Translations under genes and position numbers: made by a program | NCBI GenBank assembly: GCA_951406725.2 | Contig: OX597831.1 | Coordinates: 34,844,001 to 34,908,000 of the forward strand | Origin: Octopus vulgaris | Taxonomy: Eukaryota | DNA length: 64,000 nucleotides | Reading direction: 5' to 3' | Notes under the pieces: generated by a model | The model's input: only the letters and a program-made list of their open reading frames with translations | Told to the model about the DNA's origin: nothing | Database searches by the model: none | Shown here: piece after piece, positions 26,413 through 39,178 of the stretch | How the letters are laid out: each line of letters starts with the position of its first letter | Numbering within the stretch: the first letter of the stretch is position 1

Positions 26413-26413
<1 letters not shown>

Positions 26414-26945
26414 CATCATCATCATTTAACATCTGTTTTCCATGTTGGCATGGGTTGGACAGTTTGAGGACTGACAAGCCAGAAGGCTGCACCGAGCTCC
26501 AATCTAATCTGGCAAGGTTTCTATAGCTGGATGCCCTTCCTAATGCCAACCTCTCCGAGAGTGTAGTGGGTGTTTTTTATGTACAGTCAGGTGGCACTGG
26601 CAACAACCACTCTCATATGGTGCTGTTTACGTGTCACTGGCATGGGAGCCAGTCAGGCGGCACTGGCAATAACTACACTTGAATGGGGCTTTTTACATAC
26701 CACCAGCATGGGAACCAGTCAGGTGGCACTGGCAACAGCCACACTCAAATGGTGCTTCGTTACGTGCAATCAGCACAGTGCTAGTCTGGCAGCACTGGCA
26801 TCAACCACGCTCAAATGGTGCTTTATACATGCCACCGACACAGATGCCAGTCAGTCTGTACTGGCATCGGCCATGAAAACGACTTCACTTGACTCAACAG
26901 GCCCTCACTAGCACAGATTATTGCCCAATGATTGAAGGGTACTCT
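26413..26945 (-). mobile_element. Family C SINE with expanded internal tandem repeat (~5-6 units of ~55-60 bp)
   Basis: Repeated ggtgct..tac(g/a)t...ccagtcagg(c/t)ggcactggcaac...cactcaaat between ~26560 and 26880. Confidence 0.82.
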
Positions 26946-27132
26946 TCAATCATTCATCATCATCGTTTAATGTCCGTTTTCCATGCTGGCATGGAATATC
27001 CCATACTCTGGGATATCCCAGAAACAGCTGTAAGACTGAATTTTTTTCCAATAATAATAATGTATGTAACTTGAGATGTTTACCTTGCCTTAACATTTGT
27101 TGTCCTCTTTCACAATTATGTATGTGTGTATG

Positions 27133-27163
<31 letters not shown>

Positions 27164-28432
27164 GACTCCAACTGTCTGTTGCTGCATGGTTTCTACAGTT
27201 GGATGTCCTTCTTGACACCAGCCCCTTAACACTGTGCAAGGTGCTCTGTTCAGTGGTAGGTGCTAGGAAGGGCATCAAGCCATAGAAGCCATGTCACAAC
27301 AGACAGTTGGAGTGTTGGACAGCTCCGTGTCAAACCATCCAAGCCATGCCAGCATGGAGAGCAGACATTAAACGGTGGTGATGATGATGAAAGTGCTCTG
27401 TAAGTTCCTGTCTACCAAATTCACTTGCAAGTCTTCTGTTGGCTTTGGGACATTTGTAAAATACACTTGCCCAGAGCACCATGCAGTGGTTTGGGTGGTA
27501 AACTTTTTAATCACACAATCTTGCAGGCACCTGTGTGTGTGTGTGTGTGTATCTCTTGGCATTGCGCATTAGGTAGAAACCTGTCAGACTACAAGAAAAT
27601 ATTGCTTTTCTCAGAAAGACGTGAGGACTGGTTACAGGCAGCAGGGCATCCAGCCATTGAAAATCTTCTTCAGTGAATTCCATCAGATCCTTCCAAGCAT
27701 GGAGAAATGATCATTAAAATGATGATGATGATGATTACAATCACACTCAGTAATCCACACCTCTGTTATAAATGTTTTTATCATGGGCTCTAAAAATTGT
27801 TTCCTTTGAGCTGCAAAGTTCTTATAGAAATTCAAATCACTCCCTCTCCACCCCCACTGCCCACACACGCTTAAATTCAAATCATCATCATCGTTACTGC
27901 AGCATATACGAGATTTTTTTTTTTTTTAAATATAGTCGGCTTTATCAGCATCTTATCTTTATGGGTGTCACAGTAATAAAAATAATATCCTTTTGATAAA
28001 AAGCACAATGACAGTTTTTGTCAACTGCATCAGGCAGTCAGCAACAATAAAGGCTTAGATTCAAATTTGAATCAACAACACCACACAACATGACTGAATA
28101 TTTAATTTTCCTAAGTTTCTGAGGATGAAAAATACAAGCCTTGTCCCTTTAGCTCCTTCCTTTTATCTTTTTTTTTTTTTTTTGTGTTTGTTTTTTCGGG
28201 GTTTTTTTTTATGCTAGGTTTAACCCCTGATGGCTGCAACATTGAGGACATACACTGAGATTGACTCAACACCCCGTAATATATTACTAAATATTTAGTT
28301 TTTTTTTAATGTTTATGGGTGAAAAGTATAGAAACTTGTCCTCCTGTAGGTTCTGAAATGTTCTCAATCTAAATCATGAGAACTGCAAACAAGGGCATGC
28401 ATGACATTGAACTAGCAACCGGTTTATATTAC

Positions 28433-28471
28433 TGGATGGAAGATGCTTTAGTTTTCTTGAATCTCTCTCGG
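28433..28471 (-). other. Candidate exon following a 76-nt intron (3' end uncertain)
   Basis: gttttgtatacttttcag|CCGAGAG... Phase 1 continues the upstream exon as TERDSRKLKHLPS; possible donor CCA|gtaata at 28432, otherwise it reads on as SNINRLLVQCHACPCLQFS*. Confidence 0.45.
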
Positions 28472-28500
28472 CTGAAAAGTATACAAAACAACCTTTCACT

Positions 28501-28547
<47 letters not shown>

Positions 28548-28620
28548 TGTAAGTTTTGAAATGTCCCAAGTTCAAATCGACGTCACAAACTTTATATTGC
28601 CTTTCACCCGTGTCAAGTTT
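28548..28620 (-). CDS. Candidate coding exon (73 nt) of an unidentified antisense gene
   Basis: catttgtttattcaacag|AAACTTGAC...ACTTACA|gtaaga; only one frame is open: KLDTGERQYKVCDVDLNLGHFKTY (phase 0 to 1). No homologue recognised. Confidence 0.55.
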
Positions 28621-29894
28621 CTGTTGAATAAACAAATGCCAGGAGGGTTGTGTGTACGTTATGCTGCAGATGATTCAATGAACTAATACTTCCTTCCACT
28701 TTCATTTAAGATGTTTTATATCAGTTCTGTTTCAAAGTTAGGTCTGCTCTGTCTAGTCCCGCTCTCTCTCTTTCTCTGCGTGTGTGTGTGTTCTTTTTCC
28801 ATCCTTTTACTCTCTCACCCTCTCCCCTTTCTACATAATTCACCCTCTCCCACTTTTCTCAAGCATATTTTATATCTCTGTTTTGTTTTCACTCCTCTCC
28901 CCTTTTTACAGACCCTCTCCCTTCCTATATCTCTCTCTCTCTCTCTTTCCCTCCCTCCCTCCCTCTCTCTTTCTCCTCATCATTTAGATATCGTTCTTTC
29001 TCATCTCCACTTCTAAATAAATGCAGCTGTCTTGTGCTCAACTTAAGTTTATTCTTCATAGACTACGATGTGTGTGTTTCCTTTATAGCTTGCTTTCGTT
29101 GCCTCCCTCATTTCACTTCCCAACTGTATCTTGTTTAGGGGACATAGAAGAAAAAAATATACAAAATATTTCCCTCTTCCTCCTCTCTCAAAAGACAAAC
29201 CAGAACCTACCAATGGCATAATTATTTAGAAAATGTCATAAGCCCCTGTGAAGTACATTTGTTGTTGTGCATTTACATATTTTTTTCTATATTTAAACAG
29301 TGAGTATGTATAAGTATGTGGAGTATGTCATTCGTTAATTGTCCTGGAACCATTCTCGTTGTAATTAACTCTCCATCTAATATCTAATTGCAATGTGAAG
29401 TTGTTGATTTGCAGTAGTTGAAGAGCAACATTAACAGCATCAATATCAGTGGTCTTGGAAGTCTTGGAGGGCCCTTGAAGAGCAGAGTCAGTGTCCCTTC
29501 CTCCAATGTAGAAGAGCTTTTAATATAACAGTGGTGTCACTGCATTCCAGTTCTTATATGCAAACATACACATCATCATCATCATCCTTTAACATCTATT
29601 TTCCATGTTGGCATGGGTTGGATGGTTTGACCTGAGTTGGCAAGCTGGTGAGCTGCACCAGGTTCCTGTCTGATTTGGCCTGGTTTCTATGGCTGGATGC
29701 TCCTCCTAACACCAACCACTTTACAGTGTGTGCTGGGTGCTTTTAGCGTGGCACCGGACGAGCACTTTTCCATGGCACCAACACTGGACTCTTCCAGGCC
29801 AATCTTCTTTATCAGGGGGAGCAACCTTAACACTTCTGCTGTAGGGGATGGGTCTTCTTGAGTACAGCAAGGCACCAGGTATCTTGGTGCAGGT

Positions 29895-30462
29895 ACTGTG
29901 GTATAGCTGTGTGGTAAGAATTCAGCTTACCAACCTCTTTGTTGTGGATTTTGCCACCACCCCCTCCTTCAGCATGCTGCTTTGGGAAAGTGCCTTCTAT
30001 CATAGCACTTGGCCAACCAATACCTTGAGAGTGGATTTGATGGACAGAAACTGAAAGAAGTTCATCATGGGTGTGTGTCTTCTGTTTGTGTTTGTCTCCC
30101 TGCCATTTGACAAGTGTCGGTTTATTTACATCCCTGTAAATTAGTGATTCAGCAAAAGTGACCAATAGAATAAGTAACTGGGGTTGACTTGTTAAAATTA
30201 TCGAGAGGTGTGGCTGTGTGGTAGGTTTGAAGTTCAGTCCCACTGCATGGCACCTTGGGCAAGTGTCTTCTACTATAGCCTTGGCCCGACCAAAGCCCTG
30301 TGAGTGGATTTGGTAGATGGAAACTCAGAAGCCAGTCATATGTGTGTGTGTCTTTGTGTTTGTTTCTGTCTGCCACCACTGCTTGACAACCGGTGCTGGT
30401 GTCTTTATGTTCCCATAACTTAACAGTTCAGCGAAAGAGATTGACAGAATAAGGACCGGACT
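29895..30462 (+). mobile_element. Two tandem family B SINE copies
   Basis: gctgtgtggtaag(g) heads near 29905 and 30213; gagtggattt..tagatggaaact centres. Confidence 0.85.
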
Positions 30463-31369
30463 TAGCTCATCTTTAATGCTTTCATATGATTAGTTGAAGG
30501 GAAAGGTGAAGAGCGAAAGAAAAAAGGGGACAGAGAAAAAGAGGGTAAAGCAAAGAGGAAGAGTGCTGTGTAATAAGTCTACAAATTTTTGAAAAGGTTT
30601 ATATAATGTATATACATAAGGTGCATTAATTAATCATCGTACTTCATTTTCCTTCACTTTTCAATGATTAACAGATGAGTGATTATCTTTTGATACAGAC
30701 ACAAGACATGCTACGCTTTCAGGTTTTTTGGATATAGTTTTCACAAATAACCCAATAAGTTTACTATGAATTCCGTGAAATATTCATGGGTCTGGCTAGA
30801 GTGAATAAATAAGCATTACATTTGACAGATTAATCTGAATGTTAAGACCCTTAAAGGTGGTGCTCCAGCATGACTGGAAAGAAGCTACACACCCTGTAAT
30901 CATCACCTGCTATTTTCTGGTGCCATGTCTAATAGCAAAAGTGTTGAAGGCAGTTTGAAGAATGCTGATCTGCAGCTGAATGTTAAAGATTTCTGCTGCT
31001 TTCTTTAGATCCTTAGGAGATTTGAATGGAAACCTGCTAGCTGACAAAACACTTGATAAGGATACAATGTTGTGACTCCATACAGCCAGAATCTTCAGCC
31101 ATACTTGTAGCAAAGTGCATTAAACCAGCTAATGTTTAAGGCTCTTATTAGCTACAGACAGTGTCAAGCTGATAAAATTTTAAGTCTCAACTATTCAGAC
31201 TTTTCGTTTTGTTCTCTTTTCTTGACACTTGCTTTAATTAGAAATGTTAGAGGCACTGCTCTCATTGCCCGCCCCCTTTTCATTCTCATACATGCACACC
31301 CACACATATACATACATATATATGCATGTATGTATCTATGTGTGTGTGTGTATTTATAATATATATATA

Positions 31370-32190
31370 GTCATCCTATAAATAATGCGGATTTTCATAC
31401 TGCTTTTATTTTTCAAAATTAAGATAAACAAAATTCTTTTTTTTAATCTAAAATATACTCTCCTTCATTTTTTACAATGCCCTTCCATCTATCTGGTATA
31501 CTTGCAAGGCCCCTCTTCCAAAATTCACTTAACTGTGGTGAAACGTACTCCTCCAGTACTGTTCTGACCCTGTCTACAGAATTCATATTTTTTTCCATCC
31601 AAATGATTTTGAAGACTGCAGAATAAATGATAATTAGATGGGACAGTGTCTGGCAAATATGGTGGGTGGGGTATCGTTTCCCATTCAAACTGCTCCAGCC
31701 TTTAGAATGTCATCCTCACTGTATGTGGCCAAGCATTATCCTGATGGAAGAATACCTTTCATTTTGAAACCAAGGATGGTCGTTTTTCTTCTATCACTGA
31801 CTTAAGCTGCTCACAGTTGATCTCCTTTGTTATTGTTCAGTTTGGGTTTAAAAGTTCAAAGTGGACTGAGCCTTTCATATCCCATCACACAAATGACAAC
31901 ACCTTACATTTGTGAAGAACTTCTTTAGCTTGGGGTACCGGTGTTTCTCCTTTCCCTACCCACTGTCTTTGGCACTTGATATTTTTATAGTGAACCCATT
32001 TCTTGTCACCAGTCACTATTTGGTCCAAAAAAGGTTCATTGGTGAGACATGACAGCAAAGAAGAGCACATATTGATTCTCTGCGCATGATCAGACCGGGA
32101 AAGTTTGCGAGGAATTTATTGACCTAATTTGCTGACTTTTCCAATGGCACAAAGGTGTTGATGAATGTTTGAATGACCAAATCCAAGCTT
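31370..32190 (-). mobile_element. Mariner (Mos1/DD34D-type) transposase relic
   Basis: Minus-strand FLDQIVTGDKKWVHY, FFHQDNAWPHT, PHPPYLPDTVPSNYHLF, FWKRGLASIPDRWKGIVKNEGEYILD; TA-flanked end near 31368; the other end abuts a SINE. Confidence 0.9.
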
Positions 32191-32586
32191 TTATCTTTTA
32201 CTTGTTTCATTCATTTGACTGCAGCCATGCTGGACCACTGCCTTTAGTCAAACAAATCGACCTCACGACTTAATCTTTGTAAGCCTAGTACTTATTTTAT
32301 CAGTCTATTTTGCTGAACCACTAAGTTATGGGGACATACATACACCAACATCGGTTATCAAGTGATGTTGAGGGGGACAAACACAGACAAACAAATACAT
32401 ATATCTACACACACACACGCGTGCGCGCGACTGGTTTCTTTCAGTTTCTACCAAATCTACTTACAAGGCTTTGGTCAACCCAAGGCTATAGTAGAAGACA
32501 CTTGCCCAAGGTGCCATGCAGTGGGACTGAACCTAGAACCATGTGGTTGGAAAGCAAGCTTCTTATCACACAGCCACTCCTGCACC
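32190..32586 (-). mobile_element. Family B SINE copy
   Basis: Reverse complement of the family B sequence from tail (ttttacttgtttc) to head (cagccactcctgcacc). Confidence 0.9.
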
Positions 32587-32999
32587 TATGTGTGTGTATA
32601 TATACATATATATATATCGTTCTTGTTATGTTAAACTGTCATTTGTCCAAATGTGTTTTTTCCATGTTTATTTTTGCTTGCAATAGCCGGTTCTTTTGCT
32701 CAAACTATTGTATCTCCAGCTGCTTCAGATACCAAGATATCAAAAATTGTCACAGTGTTGTACAACGGTTTTGCTATGGAATGGTGAAATTAATTTTTCG
32801 TTTTCTGAAAAAGCAACATTTTGTACTTACAATACTTTTGCATAATAGCAATGATATATATATATATATACATAATTCACTTTTCCATGGTCGTATGAGA
32901 CATTTCGAAGTGTTTTACTATCAGATACCCTTTATTAAATCATCACTTATAACTCAAGTATATACACATCCACACATATACAAACATCTCAGGTTTATG

Positions 33000-33430
33000 G
33001 GTCATTGGCTGCAAAGAAGGGATGTCAGAAGGAATGCAGTTTTGGCAAAGAAGGATTTGTAAAAGCAGTTTACTTGGAATTTGGGAGGTAGAGGCAGAAG
33101 GTAGCAAGCAGAAAAGAGAAATATAGGGTCTATGTGGAGAGCATGCATGTTGCTAATTCAGAGGAATGGAGGCTGTTGTAGTCAATGTAGAAGAAACAGC
33201 ATGTCTTAAGTCAGTGTTTGAAAGGTGTTGATGAGGCAATCTCTTTATGAATCCTTCAAATGGCCTTCCTGTAGACATTCATGCTTTCTAGTGACAGCAT
33301 TGTCTCAGATATATGAACGGTAGCCTAAATGGGACTCTTGAGCTTCATAGATCAGCAACTGATCGTTGTTAAAGTGCAAGCCTAGCTTTTCTGATATAGT
33401 TTCAGCAGTGTTAAAATATGACACCATTAC
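33000..33430 (-). mobile_element. Decayed CR1-type LINE 3' fragment
   Basis: Minus-strand remnants HFNNDQLLIYEAQ, RKAI, RHAVSS, YNSLHSSELA. Confidence 0.55.
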
Positions 33431-34050
33431 AGATTAGATTACCAAGCTTAACATTCACAACTGTTTAAGACATTTCTTGTATTCTTTCTTCTTTTTTTTT
33501 ATTTTTTTGTATGCATGACCAGCATATATGCATATGTACTTGCTTACATGCACACACACACACAAAGAACCAGCCATCACCAGTGAGCATATATAGCTTG
33601 ATAACATGTACCATGCTTTCACTAATTCTTTTAGGTACCTGTTGTGAGCAGACAGAAACTCCCTCTCAACTCTCCCACTCTTTGACTCTGCAGCACATCA
33701 AGAATGTTACAGCTTTTTTTGTTTTTGTCTTATCTGGTACTCATCTTTAAGCTAAGTAGAACTAGAGCAATGTGAAATGAAATATCTTGGTCTTAAGAAC
33801 TTAATGAACTGCATTGTCCAGGAATTGAACCCATGACATGATTGTAAACTGTAAACCTTTTACTACTGGGCCACATGCCTTCATTTATGTACATGCATAT
33901 ATATAATATAATGGTCCTGCTGTCAACTGTCTTACCAGCAGCATCTATGAAAATTACACTGACTCCCATCGTTCATATTTTTGTATTGTTGAATTGTTTT
34001 TTTAATATTATTTCCTTTGTGGTAATGCAATTGTTTTTGTCTCCATTCCT

Positions 34051-34109
<59 letters not shown>

Positions 34110-34595
34110 CACCTTATATTTCCTCTACAGCAAGATACCTGTTTATGTCTATTTGTTTCACTATTACCTTTCATCATCGGACACAAGATCGCCTCCTCCA
34201 ATGCCCTCTCCCCTTTTGGTGACCCTGTCAGTGCAGGTCCCAATTAAAAAAGCACCCAGTCCGCACTGTAAAGTGCTTGGTGTTCGGAAGGGTGTCCGAA
34301 ACTGACCTTGCCTGTGCTTGTGCCACGTAAAATGCAGTAAGTCCACCCTGCTGAGTGGTTGGTATTAGGAAGGGCACCCAACTGTGAAAATCCTGCCAAA
34401 ACAGTCAGAGAAGTCTGGTGCAGGCTTTTGCCTGGCCAGCTCTTGTGAAACCACCCCACCCATGCTAGCATGGAAGGCGGATGTTAAATGATGATGATGA
34501 TGATATGTAAATTATAATGCTATTTAACAAGAACTCCTTTCAGTTATTCAAACATGCAATTTAATAAACTTTTCATCTTCTCTTCTCTCTTCCAG

Positions 34596-34682
34596 CATGA
34601 TGTTAACTCCTTACAACCGGTGGATCCAACAGAAAAAGAACTGAAACACAACCCCAAATATGATGAACTTTTCACTCCTACG
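34596..34682 (+). CDS. CDC40: Internal coding exon of pre-mRNA-processing factor 17 (CDC40/PRP17), N-terminal region
   Basis: Long polypyrimidine tract ttttcatcttctcttctctcttccag, 87-nt phase 0-0 exon, ACG|gtaaaa donor. Peptide HDVNSLQPVDPTEKELKHNPKYDELFTPT matches, from recall, vertebrate CDC40 EDLETGVHLDPAVKEVQYNPTYETMFAPE (DP..KE...NP.Y...F.P). Confidence 0.78.
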
Positions 34683-34729
34683 GTAAAAAAAATGTTGACA
34701 TATTATATCCATCCATCCATTCATTCATC

Positions 34730-35010
34730 TTTTTCCTTTGCTATTGCCGGGAGGGCCATGGAGGAAGAATCCAAAAGCACCGCTTCCATAGAATTCCGTC
34801 AGAAGCAATCATCATTAGGCTTTCTGACTGGATTCCCAACCCCGACCAACTGACACTATGGATATTATCCAACCATCTTGTTCATGGTCTACTGCTAGGT
34901 CTCCTGCTTCTGGTTCAGCTTGGAGAATCCGTCTTGTAATTCTTCTTTGTGATACTTAAATCACATGTCCATACAACCAGAGCTGTGACTTCTCAATACA
35001 GATAAGTAGC
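34730..35010 (-). mobile_element. RTE-clade (Expander/Rex3-like) LINE 3' fragment
   Basis: Minus-strand LLICIEKSQLWLYGHVI*VSQRRITRRILQAEP. Confidence 0.75.
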
Positions 35011-36859
35011 AGCATGATCCCAACATGGGACAAACACTCCACCAGTGGGGGCATGGGATTCCATTTTTTTTTTTTATGAAAATCTTTCTTTCACAGCAAA
35101 CCTACTACATCTATAGTCAGCCTAGCCAAATCAGTCCCTCCAGCCAAGCATACTGCTACAGTTTAGCACTATTCTCATGCCCCAGTGTTGATATTTCTTT
35201 AAGGAAAGTATATAATTATGAAATACCAAAAATAAAGTTGTTTTTCTTTCTTTTTTTTTTCCAACCACCAGTGGGGCATACATTTTTCTGTAAAGTTATG
35301 GTGGAGCCTTGAAGAAAATAGGTTGGGAAACTCTGATCTAGAGAAACTCCTTGGTCTCTGAGCTATGCACTCCACCTTACCACTTTAATAATAATAATAG
35401 TTTCTGATTTAGATCCAAGGCCAGCAATCTTTGAGGGGTGGGAGAGATTAGTCAATACCATCATCTCCATTACTTACCATTGGTTAAATAGTTTGGCAGG
35501 ATCTGGTAGGCCACAGGGCTATATTCAGCTCCGGTATCGGATTTGGCATGGTTTCTACAGCAGGATGTCCTTCCTAATGCAAATCATTTTACTGTGTGTT
35601 CTGTGTGCAGTCTTTTTTTTTTTCATGCCAGACAAAAAAAAACAAATAAAACAAAGGAAAAAATGGAACCCTACTTTGTATTTTAAGTTCAAATTTCATT
35701 GAAGTCATCTTTGCATTTTGTTGTTCTAGGATCAATAAAACGAGTGCCAATCAAGAATTGGATTCTACAATGATAATAATTGATAGCTCTCTCCTCCATG
35801 AACAAAACTGTTTGACCTTGTTATAAATCTGTGTGTGTGTGTGCTTAATTTCTCTGTCTCTTGTTTTTTACTTGTTTCAATCATTAGACTGTTGCCATGC
35901 TGGGGCACCACCTTGAAGGATTTTAGTCAAACAGATCAACCCCAGTTTTTTTTTTATTTCCCCCTTTAAGTTACAGAGAAGGCAAACATAGGCACAAAGA
36001 CACACACACACATAACTATATATGAGAGGCTTCTTTTTAGTTTCCATCTATCAAATCCACTCACAAGGCATTGAGGTTATAGTAGAAGACATTTGCCCAA
36101 GATGCCACTCAGTGGGACTGAACCTGGGACCATGTAGTTGCAAAACAAGCTTCTTATCTCACAGCTACACATGCACCAATGGTATTGGTATTTGTATATG
36201 TCTGGGAGGTGGGTTGGGAGGAGCGGAGGAGCATATTTCCCTTTCCTCCACTCAGTTTTGTTATCTTTATTACCGCTTCTACATTAGCCTTCATATTTAT
36301 ATCCATCTTCATCATCATCATCATCATCATCAAGTGGAAATGTCAGTCACTGATCCACAGAAAGCAACAGCTGATAGTCATTCTGTCTCTCTCTCTCCCT
36401 CCTCTACACCTCTCTTTTTCTCTTTCTCTCTCTCTCTCTCTCCACTCACTCTCATGCTGTATCTATATATAAATATTCAGACAACCACTACTTAGTCTCT
36501 CTCTCTCTTGCACAGACACACACTTACATGTATGCAGAGGAATACACCCTCTTTCCCTCTCTGTCTCACATGCACACACATACACATGTGCTTACAGACA
36601 CACACACATACACATATATAAATATATTAGATAAATTCATAATATTTGGCATGATATCCATTTCCTCTTCCTAAATAGCTCCCACATTAAAATTCTCTTC
36701 ATCGTTTAGTGATTACCTTCCACTTATCTATAGTTTAGATGTCGCAACTGAGCAAAGTCTTTCTTCATTTGTTGCAGAAAATGTTCTTTTTCTTTTTGTA
36801 GCTGTTTAGCCCATATCACCTTTAATCAAGCAGACCCCATAACAAAACCAGCATTTCCC

Positions 36860-37255
36860 TCTGGTTTTTCCATGCCGTGCTTGAGAACACCCATAAAGCC
36901 AAGTGAAATCATAGTTGTGGTCTATGCTGGTGGCACATAAAAAGCACCCTTTGAACACTGGGCCTTACAGAGGCCGTGATAAGTCACCGAGGCCTATGGC
37001 AATATACCGTGTTTGAGAAAACCCGTCAAGCAGAGTGAAATCGTAGTTGTGACTGATGCCGGTGTCACGTAGCTGGCACACAAAAAGCACCCATTATACT
37101 CTTGGAGTGGTTGGTGTTAGGAAGGGCATCCATTCATAGAAACCATGCCAAATCAGATTGGAACCTGGTGCAGCCCTCGAGTCTACCAGTTTCAGTCAAA
37201 CCGTCTAACCCATGCCAGCATGGAAAGCACACGCTAAATGATGATGATGATGAGC
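36860..37255 (+). mobile_element. Family C SINE copy
   Basis: Homologous to 3670-3987; ends acgctaaatgatgatgatgatgag. Confidence 0.82.
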
Positions 37256-37632
37256 AGAACTTTCCAGCTTCCTCCTCCTCATCATCATCGTCGTTGTTGT
37301 CAGTGTTTTCACATCCATTTTTCCATGCCTGCATGTGTTTGATGGGATTAGTTAAATCAGATTTTCTATAGCTAGAGGCTCTTCTTCTCACCTACCCCCT
37401 CCCTCTGTTTATGAGCAACGTAATGTTTCCCCATGACTGAACATGTCGTTGTAGAAGGCCAGAGACGATTGGCACTGTGTGTATGATGTTGACATTCGTT
37501 AACAGCTATGATATCAAGACAAGGAGATATACACGCATGCTTGCAAAACAAGCTGAGTTGACATGCTGTATTCAGCAAGGTGACCGGGGCTTAAAATTTG
37601 GAAAAAGGTTTTGCAGGGGATTATAATATCAT

Positions 37633-37724
37633 CGTAAAGTATACTAGCCATCTCAATAGGGCTAATCATTAAGGGTGGGTGTTACTGTAGCTTTTAGCCC
37701 CAGAGATGGCTAGTATACTTTACG
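37633..37724. repeat. 92-bp hairpin with perfect 22-bp inverted arms
   Basis: cgtaaagtatactagccatctc (37633-37654) and gagatggctagtatactttacg (37703-37724); inner gggctaa/ttagccc stem. Confidence 0.9.
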
Positions 37725-38459
37725 TTGTTGAGCGGTTACTGTTTACATCTCGTTCAGAGATTTATTATTGCTATAATATTATCCATGTATAAAAAATCTC
37801 CCATAATTTTTTAACCTGATTTTTGACAAAAAGGGGTTCCTTATACACATTAAAATGCAGTAATTCTTTTATTGGATGTTACTGTTTGAGGACTATGATC
37901 TCCTAGGTGTTACCTTATCTTTTACTTGTTTTGGTCACAGGACTGCTGCCATGCTGGGGCATTGCCTGGAATTTATTTGAACAAATAAACCTCAGTACTT
38001 AGTTTTTAATTTCTTAAGTCTTGTACTTATTCTGTTAGTCGTTCTCTTGCTAAACTGCTAAGTTATGGGGATGTAAACAAACCAAGAATAATAGTTAAAT
38101 GGAAGTAGAACAAACAGAAACACACACACAATAGGTTTTCACACAGTTTCTATCAACCAAATTCTCTCACAAGGCATTGGTTACCCTGGATCAATAGATG
38201 AAAACACTCACCCAAGATGCCAGTTAGTGGGATTGAACTCACAATCACGTGATGCAAAGTGAGCTCTTTCGCTACAGAGACATGTCTGTGCCCCTGAATT
38301 TGAGAATTCATTATTTTGGGGCTTTTTTTCCCTGCTTCCTTAAGTAAAAGAAAAATAGTGTCCATGGCCTAATGAAGGACCTTTGAGACTAGTGAGGGAA
38401 ATAGAGAAAGAAACACTGAATCATAAGTGACTGGCTGTAGAGAGCAATGCACAACAACA

Positions 38460-38950
38460 TACTGGGTTCAAATTTTGGCGAAAGGCCAGCAATTGTGAGC
38501 AAGTGAGGTAAGTTGATTACATCAACACCAGTATTCAACTGGTACTTATTTTATTGACCCTGAAAGGATGAAAGGCAAAGTTGACCTTGGCAGAATTTGA
38601 ACTCAGTACATGAAGATGAACAAAATGCTGCTTAACACTTTTCCTGACATGCTAACGATTCTTCCAGCTCACTGTCTTAATGCACAAGAACCAGGAAGTG
38701 GTGGTGCAAAGGCATGCTACATATTTATTTTATTTATTGCCCACTGGGGGCTAAACACAGAGGGGACAAACAAAGGGATTAAATTGATTACATTGACCCT
38801 AATGTGTAACTGGTACTTATTTAATCGACCCCGAAAGGATGAAAGGCAAAGTCGACCTCGGTGGAATTCGAACTCAGAACGTAACGGCAGATGAAATACC
38901 GCTAAGCATTTTTTCCGGCGTACTAACGATTCTGCCAGCTCACTGCCCTA
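38460..38950 (-). mobile_element. Two tandem family A SINE copies
   Basis: gaaaggatgaaaggcaaagt(t/c)gacct occurs twice. Confidence 0.88.
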
Positions 38951-38969
38951 AAGCTAAGCTACATGTTAA

Positions 38970-39178
38970 TCCTTTGATATTTAAACTGGCCGTATCCAGC
39001 CCAAATGCTATGCCTGTTTAATGCTTACACTGGCCAGATCTGCCATCTCATACCTATCCTACAATGTCATTATAAAAAGTGAACAATCACATCATTGAAA
39101 TCTCGAAGCTATGAGATAATGCATAATTAATTCAAAACAAATTATTACAGTTGACAAAGTAACCTTAATGTGAAAGGG
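38970..39178 (+). mobile_element. piggyBac-type (TTAA) MITE, ~210 bp
   Basis: ttaa|tcctttg ... aaaggg|ttaa; four homologous copies in the window. Confidence 0.78.

Noticed and set aside
29400-29530. Plus-strand peptide LKSNINSINISGLGSLGGPLKSRV as an exon
   Set aside because: Not CDC40-like; the minus strand weakly resembles a decayed mariner N-terminus. Unsupported either way.
32328-33062. Longest ORF in the window (244 aa)
   Set aside because: The first half is an antisense family B SINE (the RRHLPKVP..GTEP peptide recurs in many SINE ORFs); the remainder is low-complexity.
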